Source: an uncultured Anaerolineales bacterium (GTDB taxonomy: Bacteria; Chloroflexota; Anaerolineae; Epilineales; JAHCIE01). Taken from it: a DNA stretch of 48,048 nt. The position numbers and the translations under genes were made by a program. Location of the stretch: positions 1 through 48,048 of the forward strand of contig CAZLBQ010000002.1 in NCBI GenBank assembly GCA_964557745.1, written 5' to 3'. Shown piece by piece: positions 1 through 7,521 of the stretch (position 1 is its first letter; every line of letters starts with the position of its first letter). Below the pieces are notes generated by a model. It was not told where the DNA came from. It saw only the letters and a list, made by a program, of their open reading frames with translations, and searched no databases.

Positions 1-711
1 CAGGCGCAGTACACCGTGGACGGCATACGGCTGGCGCGCGAGCAGTGGCCGTGGGCGGGCGCGTTCAACATCTGGTACTTCCGCCAGGTCGGGGACAAGG
101 GGCCGGACCGTTCCGACTACTACTTCCGCATGGTCGACGTCGACTTCACGCCGCGCCTCGTCTACACTCGAGTGAAAGAGGAGACGCCGAGGCTGCGGCT
201 GGCGGGGGAAGGCTTCTACCAGGAGACGAGCGCGCCCGTGACGGCGTCCCCCGGCTGGGTGATGGTGTTGGCGCCCGACGCCAGCGGCGGGACGTACCTG
301 AACAGCGACCGGCCTGGCTCAAGCCTGACGTTCAGCTTCCAGGGAGGCTCGATTGCCCTGGTTACGTCCCACGGGCCAGAGGCTGGGCGCTGCCTCGTCA
401 CGCTGGACGACCAGCCCGTGCCTGGTCTGCCTAAGGACGCCAAGGGCCGCTCGTACGTGGAACTGTACAAGACCGAGGGCCAGTGGCAGGTGCGCGAGAC
501 CATCGCCCAGGGCATCGGGCGCGGCCAGCACACCCTGAAGCTCTCTGTCGCCGAAGGCCCCAGCCAGGGGTCGCCCGGCCCGCGCTGCCTGGTCGACGCC
601 TTCGTCGTCGAGGACAGCGGGCCGAGCCTGCCGTGGGGCTGGATATCGTTGCTGCTGGTAGGATTGCTCGGGGCGGTGACAGCCCTCATCTGGCAGCGCC
701 GCCGCGCGTAG
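1..711 (+). CDS. C-terminal part of a membrane-anchored exported protein (possibly glycoside-hydrolase-like); 5' end outside window
   Basis: Frame 1 is open from nt 1 (QAQYTVDG...) to TAG 709-711. It ends in a hydrophobic helix plus basic anchor (WISLLLVGLLGAVTALIWQRRRA). Function not securely recognisable. Confidence 0.6.
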   Translation, partial: QAQYTVDGIRLAREQWPWAGAFNIWYFRQVGDKGPDRSDYYFRMVDVDFTPRLVYTRVKEETPRLRLAGEGFYQETSAPVTASPGWVMVLAPDASGGTYLNSDRPGSSLTFSFQGGSIALVTSHGPEAGRCLVTLDDQPVPGLPKDAKGRSYVELYKTEGQWQVRETIAQGIGRGQHTLKLSVAEGPSQGSPGPRCLVDAFVVEDSGPSLPWGWISLLLVGLLGAVTALIWQRRRA

Positions 712-718
712 GGACTCC

Positions 719-1327
719 CTACGGCGAGAGGCGCTCGATGAGCCAGCCGTCGTCGGCCTGGCGGGTGTAGCGGAAACGGTCGTGGAGGCGGTTGGCGCCG
801 CTCTGCCAGAACTCGAAGGTAGCCGGGGTCAGGCGGAAGCCGCCCCAGAAGGGCGGCAGAGGCGGATCGTCGCCGAACTGGGCCGTCACCGCGCGCAGCC
901 GCGCCTCCAGGGCGTCACGGTTTGGAACGGGCTGGCTCTGGTCCGAGGCCCACGCGCTCAGGCGGTGCCCGACCGGGCGCGTGCTGAAGTAGGCCGCCGA
1001 CTCGTCGCGCGCCAGGCGGCGAACTGTCCCCGTCACCCGAATCTGCCGTCCCAGACCATCCCAGTAGAAGACCAGGGCCGCGTGGGGGTTATCCGCCAAC
1101 TCGCGGCCCTTCTGACTGTCGTAGTTGGTGTAGAAGACCAGACCGCGCTCGTCAAAGCCGCGCAGCAGGACGAGGCGCGCCGAGGGGATGCCGTCGCGCG
1201 TCGCCGTCGCCAACGTCATGGCCTTCGGCTCGGCCAGCTTGGCCTCAACCGCCGTCTGGAGCCAGGCGGCGAACTGCCGAAAGGGGTCGGGGTCCAGGTC
1301 GTGGCGGCGCAGGGTGGGCAAGTCCAT
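719..1327 (-). CDS. pdxH: pyridoxamine 5'-phosphate oxidase
   Basis: 202 aa. Typical PdxH motifs (MTLATATRDG.PSAR.VLLRGFD..G.VFYTNY.S.KG.EL..NP.AALVFYW, final FEFWQ...RLHDR..Y). GAGGGGG RBS upstream of the ATG at 1327. Confidence 0.93.
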   Translation of the reverse strand: MDLPTLRRHDLDPDPFRQFAAWLQTAVEAKLAEPKAMTLATATRDGIPSARLVLLRGFDERGLVFYTNYDSQKGRELADNPHAALVFYWDGLGRQIRVTGTVRRLARDESAAYFSTRPVGHRLSAWASDQSQPVPNRDALEARLRAVTAQFGDDPPLPPFWGGFRLTPATFEFWQSGANRLHDRFRYTRQADDGWLIERLSP

Positions 1328-1336
1328 AGAACCCCC

Positions 1337-1897
1337 TCAACCCAGGATGTCGTTGACGGCCAGCGCCAGGCCAGAAACGGCCTCAAACTGCACTGTCTCG
1401 CCCCGCCGGTACTGGCGTATCACCTGGTAGACGCCATAGGCCGGCCGGGCATAGTACACGACTTGCTCGCCGTTCAGGTCGACCAGGAGCGCCTCCGGAA
1501 TCCCCGCCTCGGCGTAACGCGGTATCTTCTCATCACGGTCGAACAGGAACCAGGTCTCCGCCACCTCGATGACGAGGAGGACGTCTTTGGCCTGGGGCTT
1601 CGCCAGCGCGTAGAAGTCATCGCGCCAGCGCAACAGGGCAACATCGGGCTGCGGTTCCGACAGGTCGGACAACTGGACCGGGTCCTGCACGCTGACAATC
1701 GCCAGACGCTCCACCGTGCTATGGAGCAGCGCGTTCAGCCGTTTGACACACGCCATGTGTCGATGTCCCACTGGACTCATGCGAACAATCTCCCCCTCGA
1801 TGAGTTCGACACGGTCGTCCTCGCGCAGAATCCCCGCCTCGCCCATGCGCTCGTACTGCTCGACCGTAAACTTCACCCGTGGCATGTGCGTCGTCAT
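1337..1897 (-). CDS. Uma2 family (DUF820) putative endonuclease
   Basis: 186 aa. FTVEQYERMGEAGIL..DDRVELIEGEIV.MSP.G..H is the Uma2 N-terminal signature. GGAGGAGG RBS. Confidence 0.85.
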   Translation of the reverse strand: MTTHMPRVKFTVEQYERMGEAGILREDDRVELIEGEIVRMSPVGHRHMACVKRLNALLHSTVERLAIVSVQDPVQLSDLSEPQPDVALLRWRDDFYALAKPQAKDVLLVIEVAETWFLFDRDEKIPRYAEAGIPEALLVDLNGEQVVYYARPAYGVYQVIRQYRRGETVQFEAVSGLALAVNDILG

Positions 1898-1911
1898 CGG
1901 CCCTCCTCCGC

Positions 1912-3111
1912 CTAGCGCGCGATGGCGTCGATCCCCGTCGTGAAGCGCCCGACAATGAGCTTCTGGATCTGCGTCGTGCCCTCGTAGAGCGTCGCCACCT
2001 TCGCGTCGCGGAGGTAGCGCTCGACGGGGTACTCATCCGAGTAGCCATAGCCGCCGTGAACCTGGATGGCGTTGAGCGCCGCCCGCACCGCCGCTTCCGA
2101 GGCGTACCACTTGGCGAGGGACGTCTCGCGCGTGTTGGGCACGCCCTTGTTCTTGAGGTAGCCCGCGCGGTAGACGAGGAGGCGCGCCGCCTCCAGGTCG
2201 AGGACCATGTCGGCGATAAGTTCCTGGACCAGTTGGAAGCTGGCGATGGGCTTGTCGAACGCCATGCGCTCCGTCGCGTACTTGACCGAGGCATCCACGC
2301 AGCCCTGGATGATGCCGACGCAGCCCGACGCGACGCCGAAGCGGCCGTCGTCCAGCGCCGACATGGCGATGCGGAAGCCCTGGCCGATGCTGCCCAGCAT
2401 GTTCTCGCCCGGCACCCGCACGTCCTCCAGGCTCAGTTCCGCCGTGTTGGACGAGCGCAGGCCGAGCTTGCCGTGGATGGCCTGGGCGCGGAAGCCCGGC
2501 GAGTCCGTCTCGACCAGGAAGGCGGCCAGGCCCTTGTGGCCCAGCGCGGGGTCGGTCTGGGCGAAGATGATGGCGAGCTGGGCGATGCCGCCGTTGCTGA
2601 TCCACATCTTCTGGCCGCTGAGCCGCCAGTCATTGCCGTCGCGCACCGCGCGCGTCGAGAGGTTCGAGGCGTCCGAGCCGGCGCCCGGCTCCGTCAGGCC
2701 GAAGCAGCCAATCCACTCGCCCTTCGCCAACTTCGGCAGGTAGCGGCGCTTCTGGTCTTCCGTTCCCCAGCGCAGGATGGGCAGCTCGGTGAGGGAGATC
2801 TGGACGGAGAGGGTGGTGCGGATAGACGAGTCGGCGCGGCCAATCTCCTCGAAGATGATCGACTCGGAGATGAAGTCGAGGCCCATGCCGCCGTACTCTT
2901 CGGGGACGGTCGGCCCCATGAAGCCCAGCGCGCCGAGCTTGGCGATGATGTCGTGGGGGAAGCGTTCTGCGCGGTCGCGGTCGCGCGCGCCGGGCATAAT
3001 CTCGCGCTCGGCGAAGTCGCGCGCCGTCTGCTGGATCAGGCGCTGTTCGGGGGAGAGGTCAAAGCGCATCCCTTCGGGATCAGCGACTTTGATGATCGCG
3101 GGGGTTGTCAT
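1912..3111 (-). CDS. acyl-CoA dehydrogenase
   Basis: 399 aa. GCFGLTEPGAGSDA, WISNGG, and C-terminal QVHGGYGYSDEYPVERYLRDAKV..LYEGT.QIQ. AGGAG RBS. Confidence 0.92.
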   Translation of the reverse strand: MTTPAIIKVADPEGMRFDLSPEQRLIQQTARDFAEREIMPGARDRDRAERFPHDIIAKLGALGFMGPTVPEEYGGMGLDFISESIIFEEIGRADSSIRTTLSVQISLTELPILRWGTEDQKRRYLPKLAKGEWIGCFGLTEPGAGSDASNLSTRAVRDGNDWRLSGQKMWISNGGIAQLAIIFAQTDPALGHKGLAAFLVETDSPGFRAQAIHGKLGLRSSNTAELSLEDVRVPGENMLGSIGQGFRIAMSALDDGRFGVASGCVGIIQGCVDASVKYATERMAFDKPIASFQLVQELIADMVLDLEAARLLVYRAGYLKNKGVPNTRETSLAKWYASEAAVRAALNAIQVHGGYGYSDEYPVERYLRDAKVATLYEGTTQIQKLIVGRFTTGIDAIAR

Positions 3112-3174
3112 TGGGGTTCTCCTATTGGCTGAGAGAGGAATGTGGTCGTCGCGTGTTACGTGTGATAGGTGTCG

Positions 3175-3618
3175 TTAGGGAAGCCGTGGCGGCAGCAGCC
3201 GCGTCAGCAGCGGCGGGCCGAGGATGAGCAGGCCGACGGCGACGGCTGCCATCGCCAGCAGGAAGACCGCGCCCGCCGCCGCGTCCTTAGCGACCTTCGC
3301 CAGCGGGTGGTAGCTCGGTGAGGCCAGATCAACCAGCGCCTCAACGGCGGTGTTCATGACCTCGGCAGCCAGGACGACGCCCATCGTTAGCGCCAGGATG
3401 GCCCAGTCGCGGGCGGGCACGCCAACCCACAGGCCGACGACGATGACCGCCGCTGAGATGCCCAGGTGAATCTTGAAGTTGCGCTGGGTGCGCGCCGCGT
3501 GGACGATGCCCTGCCACGCCCAATCAAACGACTTGAGCAAGCCAGGCGCCGGATGCCGACTGAAGTCGGCGCTACGGGGCGCAGGCCGACTGGAGTTGGC
3601 GCTACCGGGCGCCTTCAT
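3175..3618 (-). CDS. dgkA: diacylglycerol kinase / undecaprenol kinase family membrane protein
   Basis: 147 aa. F.WA..G...A...Q.NF+IH, E.MNTA.E..VDL and AKD.AAGAV motifs, 3 TM helices. The ATGA start overlaps the ybeY stop. Confidence 0.85.
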   Translation of the reverse strand: MKAPGSANSSRPAPRSADFSRHPAPGLLKSFDWAWQGIVHAARTQRNFKIHLGISAAVIVVGLWVGVPARDWAILALTMGVVLAAEVMNTAVEALVDLASPSYHPLAKVAKDAAAGAVFLLAMAAVAVGLLILGPPLLTRLLPPRLP

Positions 3619-4085
3619 CCTTCATCCTTGAGATGAAGGGCGGCCTTGCCCAGCGCCTGCTCGCCCAGCGCCACCATCTCCGCCCAGCCGTCTTCACTCT
3701 CGTCGTCGTAGCCCGACAGGTGGAGGACGCCGTGAATGACAAGCCAGGCCAGTTCGTCGTCGGTAGCCCAGCCGGCCTGCGCGGCCTGCGCCACAGCGCG
3801 CGGGTAGGAGACCACGACGTCGCCCAGGAGGCGCGGTATGTCCGGCAGGGGCGGCGTGTCGTCGTCGCCCTGGCCGAAGGAGAGGACATCCGTCGGCTTG
3901 TCCTGGCCGCGATACGTGCGGTTCAACTCCTGGAGCGTCTCGTCGCCGGTGATGAGGATGGACACCTCGACGGGGTCGACCGCGCCGACGACGGCCAGCG
4001 TCCGCTGCGCGGCCGCCTCGACCGCTGCGACGTCCACGGCCTCAGCGTACGCGTCGTCGACGCTCACGTCAATCACGTGGGGCAT
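3615..4085 (-). CDS. ybeY: rRNA maturation RNase YbeY
   Basis: 156 aa. HGVLHLSGYD metal-binding motif and TDVLSF motif. Confidence 0.93.
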   Translation of the reverse strand: MPHVIDVSVDDAYAEAVDVAAVEAAAQRTLAVVGAVDPVEVSILITGDETLQELNRTYRGQDKPTDVLSFGQGDDDTPPLPDIPRLLGDVVVSYPRAVAQAAQAGWATDDELAWLVIHGVLHLSGYDDESEDGWAEMVALGEQALGKAALHLKDEG

Positions 4086-4088
4086 AGG

Positions 4089-6287
4089 CTATCGATTGCG
4101 CTCCGTAAAGCGGATGACGCGGGCGCGCCGGGCGGGACGAGTGTCGGGGACGGCAGCCGGCATGGTCAGCGGCACGTCGTTCTCTACCGGCGGCGCGGGC
4201 TGGACCGTCGGGTACTCGACACGCGGGTGGTAGACGCCCTGCAGGACGTTCTCGAACGCGTCGCGCACCCGGACAATCTCGCGCCGTGTCAGGGGGCTGT
4301 CGTCGAGTTGTCCCTCGTTGAGCCGCTCGTCAATGACCCGCCCGATGATGGCGCTCACGTCCTGGGTTGTCGCGGGCCGCTTGGCGCGGACCGCTGCCTC
4401 GCAACAGTCGGCCAGCATGAGAATGCCGGCCTCGCGGGTATGCGGGCGCGGGCCGGGATAGCGGAATTGGCTCTCGTCCACCGCGCCGCCCGCGAGTTCC
4501 TGCGCTCGGGCATAGAAGAAGCGGACCAGGGTTGTGCCGTGGTGCTGGGCAATGTGCTCGAGCAGGGCGCGCGGCAGGCGAGCCTCGCGGCCCATAGCGA
4601 GACCCTCGCTCACATGGCCGATGATGAGCTGGGCGCTCGTCTCCGGCGGCAGGCTGTCGTGGGGGTTGGCGCCCGCCAACTGGTTCTCGATGAACATGTG
4701 CGGGTTGTTGAGCTTGCCGATGTCGTGGTAGTAGGCCCCGACGCGGCACAGCAGGGCGTCGGCGCCGATGCGGTGCGCGGCCTCCTCAGCCATGTTGCTG
4801 ACGATGAGACTGTGGTGATAGGTACCCGGGGCGCGCAGTTGCAGGTCACGCAGCAGGGGCTGGTTGGGACGGGCCAGTTCCATCAGGCGCAGCGTGGTCG
4901 TCAGGTCGAAGAGGTTGCCCAGCAGGTAGTAGCCTAGCGTCGTCAGCGAGACGGCCAGGATGCCGCTGCCGATGGCGGCCAGCCCCAACTCGATCAAGCC
5001 CTGGACGTCGTACTCGGCTCGTATCAGGCGGAACGAGGCGATGCAGATGAGTTGAGCCAGGATGGCATACACACCCGCCCAGGCAAAGGACATCAGGCGC
5101 TCGGTGCGCCACAAGGTCAGCGAGGCGACGATGCCGCCGAGCAGGATGTAGACCAGCAGGTCGAGGGATCGCCCGGCCAGGAAGCTGACCATGAGCGCCA
5201 GCAGGAGCGTGGTGGACAGGGCGAAGCGCGGTTCCAGCAGGACGGTCAGCAGCATGGCTGCCGCCGCGCCGGGGAAGAGGTAGGGCAGAACGGTGCGGCC
5301 CGGCACCATGAGCTTGGCCAGGAGGACGAAGCTGAGGACCACCAGGACCAGCAGCAAGGCGCGCCGCCCGTCGACCCAGAAGTCGGGGTTGCGGTAGACG
5401 ACGTACAGGCCCAGGGTGAAGACCGTCAGGCCGACGAGCAAGAGCGTGCCGACGACGCTGCGCCAGTCGAGGCTGTCCTGGAGCAGTTCGAGTTTCTCCA
5501 GGGCTTCCAGGTGACGCGGCTGGACGATGTCGCCCGCCCGCAGGATGGTTTCGCCGCGCTCGATAGTGCGCGTCGTGGTGGGGACGTTAGCGGCGGCCTG
5601 GCGGCGCGCCAGTTGGGTGGCCGCCTCGTCGAGCAAGCTGTTGGGCTGGATGAAGCGGCGGGCGTACTCGGCGACGGCGGCGGCCTCGGCGTCGGACAGG
5701 TTGAGGCTGATGTAGTTGGACAGCGAGCGCCGCGCCTCGTCCAGGTTGTCCTCGCGGATGGGCTGGCGCATGGCCTGTTCGACGACGCGCAGCGTCTCGC
5801 CCTTGATGCGCTGCCAGCCCTCTTCCGACGCGCGCAGCGTCAGGTCGAGCGTCTCCGTGGGCAGGTCACGCAATTCGGGCACGCCGCGCAGCATGGCGCG
5901 CTTCTCGTCGAGGGTCGCGCCCGGGTTGCCGCGCACCCACTCGGCGGTCTCAAAGACCTCGGACGCGCGCTTGACGGCCTGGCGCGTGATGCGCAGGTCG
6001 GGCGGCAGGTAGATGGACTGGACGCGCCGAATCGCCTCGGCCCGCTCCTGGGCGGTGAGGACGGCGCTCTCGTACTGAATCTTGCGCGGAGCGCGGATGT
6101 CGGTCGGGCTGACGTCGCCTTCCTTGAGCTGGACGGTGCGGGCGGTCGGGAAGACGAGAATGGCGGTCAGCGCGACGGACAGCGCCAGGGCGAGCAGGAT
6201 GGCGCTCGCGGCGCGCCAACGCGGGTTGGTAGGGATAGCAAAGGGCAGGCCTCTCACGATGGCGCCTGCCCCTTCGCGGATGGACAT
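4089..6287 (-). CDS. 7TM-receptor / HD (HDIG) domain phosphohydrolase, PgpH/YqfF-like
   Basis: Polytopic central region followed by HHSL.VSN..E.AA..IGA...L.RVGAYYHDIGK. I prefer the ATG at 6287 (GGAG 9 nt upstream). The ORF-track start at 6311 is a TTG lying inside the repeat element. Confidence 0.88.
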   Translation of the reverse strand: MSIREGAGAIVRGLPFAIPTNPRWRAASAILLALALSVALTAILVFPTARTVQLKEGDVSPTDIRAPRKIQYESAVLTAQERAEAIRRVQSIYLPPDLRITRQAVKRASEVFETAEWVRGNPGATLDEKRAMLRGVPELRDLPTETLDLTLRASEEGWQRIKGETLRVVEQAMRQPIREDNLDEARRSLSNYISLNLSDAEAAAVAEYARRFIQPNSLLDEAATQLARRQAAANVPTTTRTIERGETILRAGDIVQPRHLEALEKLELLQDSLDWRSVVGTLLLVGLTVFTLGLYVVYRNPDFWVDGRRALLLVLVVLSFVLLAKLMVPGRTVLPYLFPGAAAAMLLTVLLEPRFALSTTLLLALMVSFLAGRSLDLLVYILLGGIVASLTLWRTERLMSFAWAGVYAILAQLICIASFRLIRAEYDVQGLIELGLAAIGSGILAVSLTTLGYYLLGNLFDLTTTLRLMELARPNQPLLRDLQLRAPGTYHHSLIVSNMAEEAAHRIGADALLCRVGAYYHDIGKLNNPHMFIENQLAGANPHDSLPPETSAQLIIGHVSEGLAMGREARLPRALLEHIAQHHGTTLVRFFYARAQELAGGAVDESQFRYPGPRPHTREAGILMLADCCEAAVRAKRPATTQDVSAIIGRVIDERLNEGQLDDSPLTRREIVRVRDAFENVLQGVYHPRVEYPTVQPAPPVENDVPLTMPAAVPDTRPARRARVIRFTERNR

Positions 6288-6300
6288 GAGTACTCCATCG

Positions 6301-6403
6301 ACAAGTATCAAGTGTCAAGTAACAAGTTTCAAGTATGAAGGAAGCAGTTCCAGCCTCTGGACTTGAAACTTGAGACTTCTCACTTGAGACTTGACACTTG
6401 TAG
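6301..6403. repeat. heptanucleotide-repeat hairpin, CAAGT/ACTTG family (copy A)
   Basis: CAAGT at 6302, 6309, 6316, 6323, 6330. ACTTG at 6361, 6368, 6382, 6389, 6396 (ACTTC at 6375). Perfect 12-bp stem CAAGTTTCAAGT (6323-6334) / ACTTGAAACTTG (6361-6372). Confidence 0.9.
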
Positions 6404-6922
6404 TAATGCGCGGACGACGTCGCTGACGAGCTTGCCGTCGGCCTGGCCCTTGACGCGCGGCATGAGCACGCGCATGACCTGGCCTGCCTGCGACGGGGCC
6501 GTCGCGCCGGTTTCCTGGATGGCCTGGCGCGCCAGCGCCTCCACCTGCTCGCGGCTCATCTGCTGGGGCAGGTAGGCTTCGAGGATGGCGAGTTCCGCTT
6601 CCTCGCGCTGGACCAGGTCGGCGCGGCCAGCCTTGGTAAAGTCGGCGATGGACTCGCGGCGCTGCTTGACCTCGCGCTGGACCACGGCAATGCTCTCGTC
6701 GTCGGTCAGGGCCAGCGCGGCCTCGTCCAGCTTGACCTCAGCCTCGCCGAGTTGCCCACCGCGTCGCTTGGCCTCGGCGTCGATGGCGGCCTTGCGCTTG
6801 GCGTCGGCGGCCTTCTGGAGCGCCGCCCGCAGCCCGCGCAGCGTCGTCTTGCGTATCTCGTCGCCCTCGCGCAGCGCGGCCTTCACGTCCACCGCTACGC
6901 GTTCGTTGAGTGACTCAGGCAT
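6380..6922 (-). CDS. yqeY: GatB/YqeY domain-containing protein
   Basis: 180 aa. REEAELAILEAYLPQQMS.E.VE and GQVM+.LMP.VKG.ADGK.V...V+ are typical YqeY. The last codons (QVSSLK*) are encoded by repeat copy A. Confidence 0.85.
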   Translation of the reverse strand: MPESLNERVAVDVKAALREGDEIRKTTLRGLRAALQKAADAKRKAAIDAEAKRRGGQLGEAEVKLDEAALALTDDESIAVVQREVKQRRESIADFTKAGRADLVQREEAELAILEAYLPQQMSREQVEALARQAIQETGATAPSQAGQVMRVLMPRVKGQADGKLVSDVVRALLQVSSLK

Positions 6923-6931
6923 GGCTCAGGT

Positions 6932-7055
6932 ACCAAGTAACAAGTGACAAGTTTCAAGTCGTAAGTGGCAAGTCACAAGTGGCCGATGACAAGTTTCAAG
7001 CCAACGACACCAAGTTCTTACTTGAAACTTGATCCTTGTCACTTGACACTTGTCG
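6932..7055. repeat. heptanucleotide-repeat hairpin, CAAGT/ACTTG family (copy B)
   Basis: Twelve nnCAAGT-type units in unbroken 7-nt phase from 6934 to 7011 (three degenerate). Then ACTTG-type units at 7020, 7027, 7034, 7041, 7048. Confidence 0.9.
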
Positions 7056-7084
7056 CAGGAATTATAGCCCGCCGCCCCCGCCCG

Positions 7085-7423
7085 TCAAATTGGGGGCCAG
7101 CCCATTTGCCGGCCGCCCAGGACGTGGAGGTGGAGGTGGAAGACGTGCTGGCCGCCTTGCCGCCCGATGTTGGTCACGACGCGGTAGCCGCCCTGGACGC
7201 CGGCGATCTCGGCCACCCGCCGACACGCCAGCACAAGCCGTGCCGCCAGGTCGGCGTCCGCCTCGGCCAGGGCGTCCAGGTTCTCGACGTGGCGGTTGGG
7301 GATGACGAGGATGTGCGTCGGCGCGACGGGGTGGATGTCGTGGAAGGCGGTGACGTGGTCGTCCTGGAAGACGACGCGGGCGGGCAGTTCCCCCGCCACA
7401 ATCTGGCAGAAGATACAGGCCAT
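7085..7423 (-). CDS. HIT family (histidine triad) protein
   Basis: MACIFCQIV..E.PA..V..D and HLHLHVLGG. AGGAGG lies 5 nt upstream of the ATG at 7423; the ORF-track start at 7444 has no RBS. Confidence 0.92.
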   Translation of the reverse strand: MACIFCQIVAGELPARVVFQDDHVTAFHDIHPVAPTHILVIPNRHVENLDALAEADADLAARLVLACRRVAEIAGVQGGYRVVTNIGRQGGQHVFHLHLHVLGGRQMGWPPI

Positions 7424-7446
7424 GAAACCTCCTGGGCTACACACGC

Positions 7447-7475
7447 TTGCCCGGCGTCGCAGCGTGGCTTATACT
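7447..7475 (+). promoter_or_regulatory. candidate sigma-70 promoter for the ArsA-like gene
   Basis: TTGCCC (7447-7452), 17-nt spacer, TATACT (7470-7475), about 45 nt upstream of the ATG at 7522. Confidence 0.5.
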
Positions 7476-7495
7476 TGCAGGGTACGCCATTCCAA
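7468..7495 (-). promoter_or_regulatory. candidate divergent promoter for the HIT gene
   Basis: Minus strand: TTGGAA (7495-7490), 16-nt spacer, TATAAG (7473-7468). Its -10 box overlaps the plus-strand -10 box. Confidence 0.4.
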
Positions 7496-7521
7496 CGACA
7501 AAGGAAACGCCAGCCAACACT

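Noticed and set aside
1337-1897. The Uma2 endonuclease as part of a restriction or defence island
   Set aside because: It is a single gene wedged between pdxH and an acyl-CoA dehydrogenase, with 10-15-nt spacers. There is no methyltransferase, ATPase or mobile-element gene nearby. Uma2 genes are typically scattered multi-copy singletons.
782-1915. 377-aa plus-strand ORF (with similar long ORFs at 1879-3132, 3633-4937 and 5052-6338)
   Set aside because: These lie antisense to, or out of frame with, well-supported genes (pdxH/Uma2, acyl-CoA dehydrogenase, ybeY/pgpH). Their Arg/Ala/Gly/Pro-rich composition is typical of spurious open frames in GC-rich DNA. They have no recognisable motifs and no RBS.
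6301-7055. Whether the regularly spaced short repeats (here and at 18067-18181, 18672-18797, 37533-37612, 41153-41231, 41901-41974, 43525-43612, 45718-45782) are CRISPR arrays
   Set aside because: The period is 7 nt with no spacers. The units are degenerate and arranged as inverted arms, and there are no cas genes. This is not CRISPR.
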